The translations under genes were made by a program, and so were the position numbers. From NCBI GenBank assembly GCA_965248355.1, contig OZ252098.1, positions 1,664,001-1,728,000 on the forward strand: a stretch of DNA of 64,000 nt, given 5' to 3'. The notes under the pieces were generated by a model, which was not told where the DNA came from, did no database searches, and was given only the letters and a program-made list of their open reading frames with translations. How positions within the stretch are numbered: the stretch's first letter is position 1; each line of letters begins with the position of its first letter. Source of the DNA: Candidatus Latescibacterota bacterium. GTDB taxonomy: Bacteria; Latescibacterota; UBA2968; UBA8231. Shown here piece after piece: positions 53,742 through 61,521 of this stretch.

Positions 53742-54962
53742 TCACCTTTTCAGCTGATCGCGGATGGCCGCCAGGCGGTCCCGGTGGGCCTCGCCATCGC
53801 GCTGCCAGGCCTCCAGGAGGAAGGCCAGCAGGGTGAGCAGCACGGCGGCGGCACCGGCGGCGGCGGCGGTCAGCAAGGTTCGACGGGGAGCGCTGCGCGT
53901 CTTCGGCGGCGTGGCCGGGTCGAGCACCTGAAGGGTGGGGGTGTCGCGGGCCTCCCGGACCTTGGCCTCCTCGAGCTGCGCCCCGAGAAAAAGCAGGACC
54001 TCCTCTCGCATCTTCACCTGCAGGGTCAGGACCGCGTACTCCTGCATCAGCTCGGGCAGGGCCTTCAGGGGCGGACCCAGAGGACTCTCGGCGGCCGCAA
54101 CGGGAGCCTGGTCCCCCAGGCGGCGGGAGAGGTCGCCCACCAGCATCTGCAGCTGACGGTCCAGCTCCTCCACCCTGATGGCGAGACCCTGGCGGTCGGC
54201 GTGGTCGGGAGCCACCTGCCGCGACAGGACGCCGAGCTCGACCTGCTTCAGCGACAGCTCGAAGGCCAGGCCCTTGGCCACGTCGATGGCGGCGGCGGTC
54301 TGGGCTTCGATGTCGACCACCCCGTGGGCGTCCTGGAACTGGCGCAGGCGGGCGGCGTCGCCCCCCAGTTCCTCCCGCGTGCTCCGCACCCTGCTTTCCA
54401 GGAACCCGCGCAGGGAGGAAGCCTGCCGCCGGCGGTACTCGCGGTTGAGGCTGTCGAGGAGGGCCGCCAGGGTGTTGGCCAGGTCCGCGGCCAGTTCCGG
54501 CGTCCGCGCCGTCGCCCTCAGGACCAGGCTGCCGTCATCGCCGAGCTCCGACTCCACCGCCTCGGACAGCCATTCGATGGCGGCCTCGCGGTGTGGCGCC
54601 CCGTAGACCTCGACGAGGTCGTGGCGGTCGACGGCCAGGCCGAGGAGCCGGCGGCTCTCCAGCAGGGTGAGGAGTCTCTCCGAGGGGATCGGCAGGCCCA
54701 GCAGACCGGCCAGCCCCAGGGGCAGGCCGCCGGATCCCGGCAGCAGGGACCGGCCGATCCCCACCGCCTCCTCCTCCGGAGGCAGCAGGCTGGTGCGCGC
54801 CGTCCAGCGCTCCGGGAGGAGCAGACTGACCCCGGCGCCGGCGATCGTGGCCGCCAGGGTGCCGGCCACCAGCAGGCGCCGCCACTTCACGAGGACGAAG
54901 AGGTAGTCGAGCAGGTCGCGCGGCTCCTGCCTCTTCGATCCGTCTTCGGTCGGGGGCTCCAT
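53742..54962 (-). CDS. Polysaccharide chain-length determinant / co-polymerase (Wzz/GumC-like)
   Basis: N-terminal DLLDY...TM, coiled-coil periplasmic region, and VLDPATPP..RSAPRR before the C-terminal TM. No kinase domain. Confidence 0.82.
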   Translation of the reverse strand: MEPPTEDGSKRQEPRDLLDYLFVLVKWRRLLVAGTLAATIAGAGVSLLLPERWTARTSLLPPEEEAVGIGRSLLPGSGGLPLGLAGLLGLPIPSERLLTLLESRRLLGLAVDRHDLVEVYGAPHREAAIEWLSEAVESELGDDGSLVLRATARTPELAADLANTLAALLDSLNREYRRRQASSLRGFLESRVRSTREELGGDAARLRQFQDAHGVVDIEAQTAAAIDVAKGLAFELSLKQVELGVLSRQVAPDHADRQGLAIRVEELDRQLQMLVGDLSRRLGDQAPVAAAESPLGPPLKALPELMQEYAVLTLQVKMREEVLLFLGAQLEEAKVREARDTPTLQVLDPATPPKTRSAPRRTLLTAAAAGAAAVLLTLLAFLLEAWQRDGEAHRDRLAAIRDQLKR

Positions 54963-54965
54963 GGC

Positions 54966-56678
54966 TCAGTTTGACAGGGTCACGAACAGCAGCATCACGG
55001 TGGCCACCTGGCTGGCGACCTCGATCCCCTGGGTGAACAGCAGCCAGTAGTCGCGCGCCGGCTGCTCCTTGACCCAGATGCGGTCCCCCGGCTCGATCCC
55101 TTCCACGTCCTCCACGTCCATCCGTTCGCCGGTCCGCGCCTTGATGACCTCCACCTCCCCCGAGGCCTGCCAGCCGAAGCCGCCGGCCCGGGCGATGTAG
55201 TCGGAAACCGCGTAGTTCTCGACGTAGGGGACGGCTCCGGGATTGGCCGCCTTCCCGGAGACCAGCACGGTCCGCGGCGAGGCCGGGACGGTGATCACGT
55301 CCCCCGGACGAACGAGGATGTTCTGCGACGTTTCGCCCTCCTTGAACAGAGCCGCGAAGTCGACGACCATCTGCCCCCTCTTCTCGCGGCTCTTCATGTT
55401 GAAGTAGCTCTTCTCTTCCTTGTCCCAGGCCTCGGGGGGGATGGCCAGGATGCGCTGGAACTCCGGATCGCCCCGGTCCACCTCCTGGAGGCGGCGCACG
55501 ACGCGGGCCTCCGGCAGGGAGGCCTCCTGGGTGAACCCGCCGGCCCACTCGATGACCTGCACCAGCGACACCCCCTCCTCCCCGACGATGTAGGGACCGG
55601 GCTTGGCCACCTCGCCCGTCACGGTGGCGGTGGACTCCTGCAGGAATCCCTGACGCTTGCGCGCCACCAGCCAGTCCCCGGGCCGCAGGGCCAGGTCGGC
55701 GGCCGGATCTCCGCCCAGGGCCGCGGCCAGATCGACCTCCTGAGAGCTCTGGCGCAGCCCGTCCTCGTGGAAGCGGAACAGGAACACCCCCTTCGGATCG
55801 ACGTTGGGCGCCGGCCCCATGGACAAGGCCGCCAGGTCGCTGATCCGGTCCCCCTCCACAAACTCGAGGATCCTGGGATTGATCCAGGCCTCCAGGGTGC
55901 GCACCAGGTGCTGCATCGACGGCACGACGATGAGATCCCCGTCCTCGACGAACGGGTTGTGCCGGGACTCGCCCGTGAGCTCGTAGAAGTCGAGATCGAC
56001 CCGCCTCGACTCGATCCGGTCGAAGACCGCCAGGTCGCCGGAACGGGCCCACGCCTGCAGCTGATCGCGCCGCTCGGGCGGCAGTCCGTGGGTCCGGATC
56101 AGCCGGATGTTGCGCCTCGAGCCGTTCGACAGCAGGCCCTTCACCCTGCGGAGGACCTCCCCGACGCGAAGGACTCCGTTGGCGACGGTGACGCCGGGCT
56201 CGCGCACGAGACCGGTGACGGTGACCGGGAAGCGGCGCAACGTGCTCAGCTCCGCCGCGATCCGCCCCTCGATGAAACTGGCGCGGTAGGCGCTGTCGAT
56301 GGCGGCGCGGACCTCGCGCAGCCTGCGCGCCCCCACCTGGATGCGTCCCGTCCGCGGGATGAACAGCCCTCCCTCGGCGAGCACCCGGACCTCTACCGGC
56401 CCCTCCGCGTTGGGCATCTGCACCAGGAACCGGTCCCCCGGGCCCACGAGATACTCGCCGCTGTGCAGGACCTCCTCGTATGCGTCGAGCCCGATCAGGG
56501 GCTCGGCCGGCAGCTCCTCCGGCTCCTCGAGACGGTCCTCCACCTGCACCTCCGCCCCCTGGGCGCCGGCGGGGATGCGGATCGTCATGGCCTCCTGGCC
56601 GCGGGCCGGCCCCGAGGCGGTGAGCAACGCCGTGAGCGCCAGCCACCGGAGGATCCCCGCGCGATTGCAGCCGGTCAT
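54966..56678 (-). CDS. Polysaccharide export protein with multiple SLBB domains (Wza/KpsD-like)
   Basis: Signal peptide; motifs YLVGPGD, V.G.V..PG, AGGF and L.PGD.I.VP. ATGA overlap with thrB. Confidence 0.82.
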   Translation of the reverse strand: MTGCNRAGILRWLALTALLTASGPARGQEAMTIRIPAGAQGAEVQVEDRLEEPEELPAEPLIGLDAYEEVLHSGEYLVGPGDRFLVQMPNAEGPVEVRVLAEGGLFIPRTGRIQVGARRLREVRAAIDSAYRASFIEGRIAAELSTLRRFPVTVTGLVREPGVTVANGVLRVGEVLRRVKGLLSNGSRRNIRLIRTHGLPPERRDQLQAWARSGDLAVFDRIESRRVDLDFYELTGESRHNPFVEDGDLIVVPSMQHLVRTLEAWINPRILEFVEGDRISDLAALSMGPAPNVDPKGVFLFRFHEDGLRQSSQEVDLAAALGGDPAADLALRPGDWLVARKRQGFLQESTATVTGEVAKPGPYIVGEEGVSLVQVIEWAGGFTQEASLPEARVVRRLQEVDRGDPEFQRILAIPPEAWDKEEKSYFNMKSREKRGQMVVDFAALFKEGETSQNILVRPGDVITVPASPRTVLVSGKAANPGAVPYVENYAVSDYIARAGGFGWQASGEVEVIKARTGERMDVEDVEGIEPGDRIWVKEQPARDYWLLFTQGIEVASQVATVMLLFVTLSN

Positions 56679-57616
56679 CTCGTCCCTCCTGCCGCTTCCT
56701 CGGCCCGCAGGCCTTCCGTCGCCACGGCCAGACTCATGGGCCGCGACTCCACGCCCACGCCCGCCCAGGCGGCCTCCATGGCGGCTCCCACGCCCCCCTG
56801 GGCGCCGGCCGGGACGAAGGCCAGGATCGACGGCCCCGCCCCGCTGAGGGCGGCGCCGAAGGCGCCGGCGCCGACGGCCGCTCTGCGGACCTCCGCAAGC
56901 CCCGGTACCTGGCCGCTGCGATAGGGTTCGTGGAGCCTTTCGTCCTCCATGCCGGGCCCCAGCAGGTCGAGGCGGCCCGTGGCCAGGGCCGACGCGACCA
57001 GGCTGGCCCGGGCGGCGGCGTGCACCGCGTCGGCCCGGGGAACGGCGGCCGGCAGGGAGCGGCGGGCATCGGCCGTGGGCAGCTCGAACTCCGGAACGGC
57101 CACCACCACCGCCAGGCCGTCCGGCGGCTCGAAGCGCGCGCACACCAGGCCGGACCCGGGTCCGGAGACGATGGTGAACCCCCCGCGCACGCAGGGCGCG
57201 ACATTGTCGGCGTGGCCCTCCGATTCCAGGCCGTACTCGAGCAGCCAGTCCGGGTCGACCCTGCCGGCGCAGAGCATCTGCCCCGCCGCGGCGCCGGCCA
57301 CCAGGGCGGCGGCGCTGCTCCCGAGTCCGCGCGCCAGGGGGATGGCGTTCACCGAGCGCAGGCGCAGATCCGTGCCCTCGTACCCGCCCGCCCCGAGGGC
57401 GGCGCGCAGGGCTTGCACGATGGCGTTGTCCTCGCCCCTTGGCAGGATCCCGGCCCCCTCTCCCTCGAGGGTGCAGGCGATGGCCACCGGCCGGCTGCGG
57501 GACTCGAGAGGTTGCACCGTCAACTCGAGGTAGAGCCCCAGGGCGAGGCCGAAGGAGTCGAGCCCCGGTCCGAGGTTGGCGCTCGTGGCCGGCACGCGGA
57601 TGCGGATCTCGGTCAT
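56675..57616 (-). CDS. thrB: Homoserine kinase
   Basis: Motifs VPATSANLGPG.D, IPLARGLGSSAAA, EGHADN and SGAGPS. Confidence 0.94.
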   Translation of the reverse strand: MTEIRIRVPATSANLGPGLDSFGLALGLYLELTVQPLESRSRPVAIACTLEGEGAGILPRGEDNAIVQALRAALGAGGYEGTDLRLRSVNAIPLARGLGSSAAALVAGAAAGQMLCAGRVDPDWLLEYGLESEGHADNVAPCVRGGFTIVSGPGSGLVCARFEPPDGLAVVVAVPEFELPTADARRSLPAAVPRADAVHAAARASLVASALATGRLDLLGPGMEDERLHEPYRSGQVPGLAEVRRAAVGAGAFGAALSGAGPSILAFVPAGAQGGVGAAMEAAWAGVGVESRPMSLAVATEGLRAEEAAGGTR

Positions 57617-57625
57617 CGGTCCCCG

Positions 57626-58786
57626 TCAGGCCGCCGCGGCGCCGGCGCGGACTTCGTCGGCCACCGCCGCGGCGATGGCGTCGGCCACGGCAAAGCCGCG
57701 TTCCGTCAGCCGCAGGCGCCCGCCTTCGAGAGTCGCGTGCCCGTGGGCGCGCAGCTGGGCCCAGAGGGCGGAGGCGTCGAGCCTCCGGGCCTCCCCGGGG
57801 TCGAGCTCCACGCCGCCGCAGGTCCGCAGTCCGAGCCACAACTGGTCGCGGCGGTCGCGCCCCGAGTCCGGAGGCTCCTGGCCGGCGCAGGCCCCTCCCC
57901 GCGCCTCCATCCGCCGGAGGTAGTCGTCGAAGTCTGAGGTGTTCCAGAACCGCCGGCCCTCGAGACAGCTGTGCGCCGAAACCCCGACGCCGAGGTACTC
58001 CCCCCCCGTCCAGCCGTCCCAGTTGTGGGCGCATCGGTGTCCCGGGCGGGCGAAGTTGGAGATCTCGTAGTGCTCGTAGCCCGCGGCCACGAAGCTCTCC
58101 ACCGCGTGCAGGTAGGCCTCCTCGTCCTCGGCCTCGCCCACCTCCGGCAGATCCCCGGCGGCGCGGCGCCGGGCGAAGACGGTACCCTCCTCGACGGTGA
58201 GGGCGTAGGCCGAGAGGTGGTCCGGGGCCAGGGCGACGGCCCGGCTCACGGTGTACTCCCAGTCGTCGGCCGCGGCCCCGGGAACTCCGAAGATCAGGTC
58301 CATGCTGACGCTGTCGAAGCCGGCGCCGCGGGCGACGCCATAAGCCTGCTCGGCCTCGGCGGCCCCGTGGTCCCGGCCCAGGCGGCGCAGACTGCCGTCG
58401 CGCAGCGACTGCACGCCCAGGCTCAGCCGGCTCACGCCCACGGCCCGGAGCTCGCGGAAGTGGCCGGCCTCGGCCGTGGAGGGGTTCGCCTCGCAGGTCA
58501 CCTCCGCGCCGGCGCGCACGCCCAGATGGCGGTCGGCGCTCTCCAGGATCTTCCCCAGCAGGCGGGATCGCAGGCGGCTCGGCGTGCCGCCGCCTAAGAA
58601 CACGGTGTCGAGCCCCCCCCGGCCGGCCCGATCGGACCAGGCCTCGATCTCCTCGCACAGGCGGTCCACGTAGAGGCCCTCCTCGGCCTGCCGGCCGGTG
58701 ACCACGGCAAAGGCGCAGTACGGACAGCGCTGGGGACAGAAGGGGACGTGCACGTAGAGGCCGAAGGGCCTGCGGGCCTCCGTCAT
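57626..58786 (-). CDS. hemW: Radical SAM heme chaperone HemW
   Basis: Motifs LYVHVPFCxxxCxYC, GGGTPS, EANP and YEISNF...HN. Position downstream of lepA. Confidence 0.9.
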   Translation of the reverse strand: MTEARRPFGLYVHVPFCPQRCPYCAFAVVTGRQAEEGLYVDRLCEEIEAWSDRAGRGGLDTVFLGGGTPSRLRSRLLGKILESADRHLGVRAGAEVTCEANPSTAEAGHFRELRAVGVSRLSLGVQSLRDGSLRRLGRDHGAAEAEQAYGVARGAGFDSVSMDLIFGVPGAAADDWEYTVSRAVALAPDHLSAYALTVEEGTVFARRRAAGDLPEVGEAEDEEAYLHAVESFVAAGYEHYEISNFARPGHRCAHNWDGWTGGEYLGVGVSAHSCLEGRRFWNTSDFDDYLRRMEARGGACAGQEPPDSGRDRRDQLWLGLRTCGGVELDPGEARRLDASALWAQLRAHGHATLEGGRLRLTERGFAVADAIAAAVADEVRAGAAAA

Positions 58787-59475
58787 CGCACCACCCCCCC
58801 GAGCCGGCCCCACCGCAGGCGGCCCGGCAGACTCGCCAGCCCGGAGAGGAGACGGCCCGGCTCGCCGGCGGGTTCGGCCGAGAAGTAGATGGCCAGGGGG
58901 CGGCCGATGACGTTCTCCACCGGCAGGAACCCCCACTGCCGGCTGTCACGGCTGTGATCGCGGTTGTCCCCCATGACGAACAGATGATCCGGCGGCACCC
59001 GCTCCGGCCCCAGGTTGTCCCGGCGGCTGCCGCGGGCCGGCAGGATGCGGGCGTCGAGGTGCTTCGACCGGCGGGGGTCCGGAAGCCGCTCGCCGTCGAC
59101 GAAGACCGCCTTGTCTCTCAGCTCGATGCTCTGCCCGGCCACGGCGACGCAGCGCTGCAGGTAGATCCGGTACGGTTCGTCGGGGACGCGGAAGAGCAGG
59201 ACGTCCCCCGCGGCCGGATCTCCCAGGGCGGGCAGGCGGGCCCCCACGAGGGGGATGGAGATGCCATCGGTCACCCTCTCGAAGAGCAGGTGGTCCCCCG
59301 GCAACAGCGTGTCCTCCATGCCCTGGGTGCGAACGAGGTGTCCTCCCAGGAACAGGGTGTGGACGACCAGGAAGCCGATGGCGACCACGGCCAGGGTCCA
59401 CAGACGGGACCGCCTGCGGGAGCGCGGCCGGGGAGGTCTCCGGCGCCTGGAGCTCGAGGACTTCCTCCTGGCCAT
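58783..59475 (-). CDS. Signal peptidase I (S26) homologue lacking the catalytic Ser and Lys
   Basis: Single TM. Box B TQGMEDTL..GD (Ser replaced by Gly), box D YLQRCVA..G (Lys replaced by Gln), intact box E GDNRDHSRDSR.WG. Directly downstream of lepA. Confidence 0.85.
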   Translation of the reverse strand: MARRKSSSSRRRRPPRPRSRRRSRLWTLAVVAIGFLVVHTLFLGGHLVRTQGMEDTLLPGDHLLFERVTDGISIPLVGARLPALGDPAAGDVLLFRVPDEPYRIYLQRCVAVAGQSIELRDKAVFVDGERLPDPRRSKHLDARILPARGSRRDNLGPERVPPDHLFVMGDNRDHSRDSRQWGFLPVENVIGRPLAIYFSAEPAGEPGRLLSGLASLPGRLRWGRLGGVVR

Positions 59476-59494
59476 CAGCCCGTCCCGGGCGCCG

Positions 59495-61297
59495 CTAGTC
59501 CTCGATCCGCAGGGCCGCCAGGAAGGCCTCCTGGGGGATCTCCACGCTGCCCACCTGCTTCATCCGCCGCTTCCCCTCCTTCTGCCGTTCCAGCAGCTTG
59601 CGCTTGCGCGTCACGTCGCCTCCGTAACACTTGGCGATCACGTTCTTGCGGAAGGGCTTCACGGTCTCCCGGGAGATGATCTTGTTGCCGATGGCCGCCT
59701 GGATGGCCACTTCGAACATCTGCCGGGGAATCAGCTCCTTGAGCTTGGAGCACAGGCGCCGGCCCCACTCGTAGGCCTTGTCGCGGTGGATGATCACCGC
59801 CAGGGCGTCGAGCAGATCACCATTGATCAGGATGTCGAGACGGACCAGGGGGCCGGCCCGCATCTCCTTGTGCTCGTAGTCGAAGGAGGCGTAGCCCCGC
59901 GATACCGACTTGAGGCGGTCGTAGAAGTCGACGACGACCTCGGCCAGGGGCAGGTCGTAGTGGAGGATGGCGCGGCTGGCGTCCAGGTACTCCGTGTTGC
60001 GGTAGGCGCCCCGGCGCTCGTTGCACACGTGCATGACCGGACCGATGTAGTCGGTGGGCACCAGCATCTGCGCCTCCAGGATGGGCTCGCGGATCTCGCA
60101 GACCTCCCCCGGGGACGGCAGGTGGGCCGGGTTGTCCACCTCCAGCAGGCTGCCGTCCGTGCGCAGAACCTCGTAGCGAACGTTCGGCAGGGTGGCGATG
60201 AGATCGATCCGGTACTCCCGGTCGATGCGCTCCTGCACGATCTCCATGTGCAGCAGACCCAGGAACCCGCAGCGGAAGCCGAAGCCCAGGGCCGGGGAAT
60301 TCTCGGGCTCGAAGGTGAAGGACGCGTCGTTGAGACGCAGGCGCTCCAGGGCGGCGCGCAGGTCGGCGTGGGCGTCGGCGTCGACCGGGAACAGGCCGGA
60401 GAACACCATCGGCTTCAGCGGCTGGTACCCCGGCAGCGGCTCCGTCTCGCCCGAGCGCTCCGCCTCCATCACCGTGTCGCCCACGCGCGCCTCCTCGAGA
60501 TCGCGCACCCCTGCGATGAGGTAGCCGACCTCGCCCGTTCCCATCTCCTCGGCGGGGACCCGTCCCAGGCGCAGGATGCCGATCTCCTCCACCTCGTACT
60601 CGCGCCCCGTGGAGTGAAAGCGCACGCGCTGTCCCCTTCTCAACGAACCGTCGACGATGCGAACGATGCAAATCACGCCGCGATAGTTGTCGTACAGCGA
60701 GTCGAAGACCAGGGCCCGGAGGGGGGCCGTCGGCGAGCCTGCGGCCGCGGGGACGCGCTCGACCACCGCCGCCAGCACCTCTTCGACCCCGATGCCCTCC
60801 TTGGCGCTGATGGGCAGGATCTCGTCGCGGTCCCCGCCGATCAGATCCTGGATCTGCTGCTCCACGGCGGCCACATCGGCGCCAGCCACGTCGATCTTGT
60901 TCACGCAGGGGATGATCGCCAGGTCGTTGCCCATGGCCAGCAGCAGGTTGCTCACCGTCTGCGCCTCGACTCCCTGGGTCGCGTCGACGACGAGAATCGC
61001 CCCCTCACAAGCGGCGAGGCTGCGGGAGACCTCGTAGGTGAAATCCACGTGCCCCGGCGTGTCGATGAGGTTGAGTTGGTACTCCCGCCCGTCGGCGGCC
61101 CGATACTGCATGCGCACGGCGTGGGCCTTGATCGTGATGCCCCGTTCGCGCTCGAGGTCCATGCTGTCGAGGACCTGGGCCTGCATCTGCTCCGCGCCCA
61201 GGGTCTTCGTCATCTCCAGGAGGCGGTCCGCGAGGGTGGACTTGCCGTGATCGATGTGGGCGATGATGCAGAAGTTACGGATGCGGGAGCGATCCAT
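59495..61297 (-). CDS. lepA: Elongation factor 4
   Basis: Motifs IRNFCIIAHIDHGKSTLAD, DTPGHVDF, GFRCGFLGLLH and KCYGGDVTRKRKLL. The ORF-track TTG start is the -35 box. Confidence 0.97.
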   Translation of the reverse strand: MDRSRIRNFCIIAHIDHGKSTLADRLLEMTKTLGAEQMQAQVLDSMDLERERGITIKAHAVRMQYRAADGREYQLNLIDTPGHVDFTYEVSRSLAACEGAILVVDATQGVEAQTVSNLLLAMGNDLAIIPCVNKIDVAGADVAAVEQQIQDLIGGDRDEILPISAKEGIGVEEVLAAVVERVPAAAGSPTAPLRALVFDSLYDNYRGVICIVRIVDGSLRRGQRVRFHSTGREYEVEEIGILRLGRVPAEEMGTGEVGYLIAGVRDLEEARVGDTVMEAERSGETEPLPGYQPLKPMVFSGLFPVDADAHADLRAALERLRLNDASFTFEPENSPALGFGFRCGFLGLLHMEIVQERIDREYRIDLIATLPNVRYEVLRTDGSLLEVDNPAHLPSPGEVCEIREPILEAQMLVPTDYIGPVMHVCNERRGAYRNTEYLDASRAILHYDLPLAEVVVDFYDRLKSVSRGYASFDYEHKEMRAGPLVRLDILINGDLLDALAVIIHRDKAYEWGRRLCSKLKELIPRQMFEVAIQAAIGNKIISRETVKPFRKNVIAKCYGGDVTRKRKLLERQKEGKRRMKQVGSVEIPQEAFLAALRIED

Positions 61298-61304
61298 GAC
61301 AGCG

Positions 61305-61333
61305 AGTCTACGGGTGTCCCTCGCTTCTGTCAA
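61305..61333 (-). promoter_or_regulatory. Sigma-70 promoter of the lepA operon (probably leaderless)
   Basis: TTGACA-17-TAGACT with the ATG 7 nt downstream. Confidence 0.7.
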
Positions 61334-61436
61334 ACCGGAGCGGCCAGACGTTCAATTCATTCTTCCACAGTGAATTAGACCCCTGAACGTCATCTGGATG
61401 TGAAGTTCGGCCCAAGGGATTGAACGCCCCGTCTGC

Positions 61437-61464
61437 TTGACACCCGGACGAGAACCTCTAGCTT
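61437..61464 (+). promoter_or_regulatory. Sigma-70-type promoter for the terminal ORF
   Basis: TTGACA-16-TAGCTT, ~57 nt before the ATG at 61522. Confidence 0.45.
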
Positions 61465-61521
61465 TTTCCGTTTGCGTTGAGACCGAACATCCCCGGGTGA
61501 TCCCCGATTCCAGAGGCTGTC

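Noticed and set aside
56679..58949. N-terminal ~750 aa of the 1327-aa ORF
   Set aside because: Out-of-frame read-through across thrB and hemW; the real protein starts at 56678.
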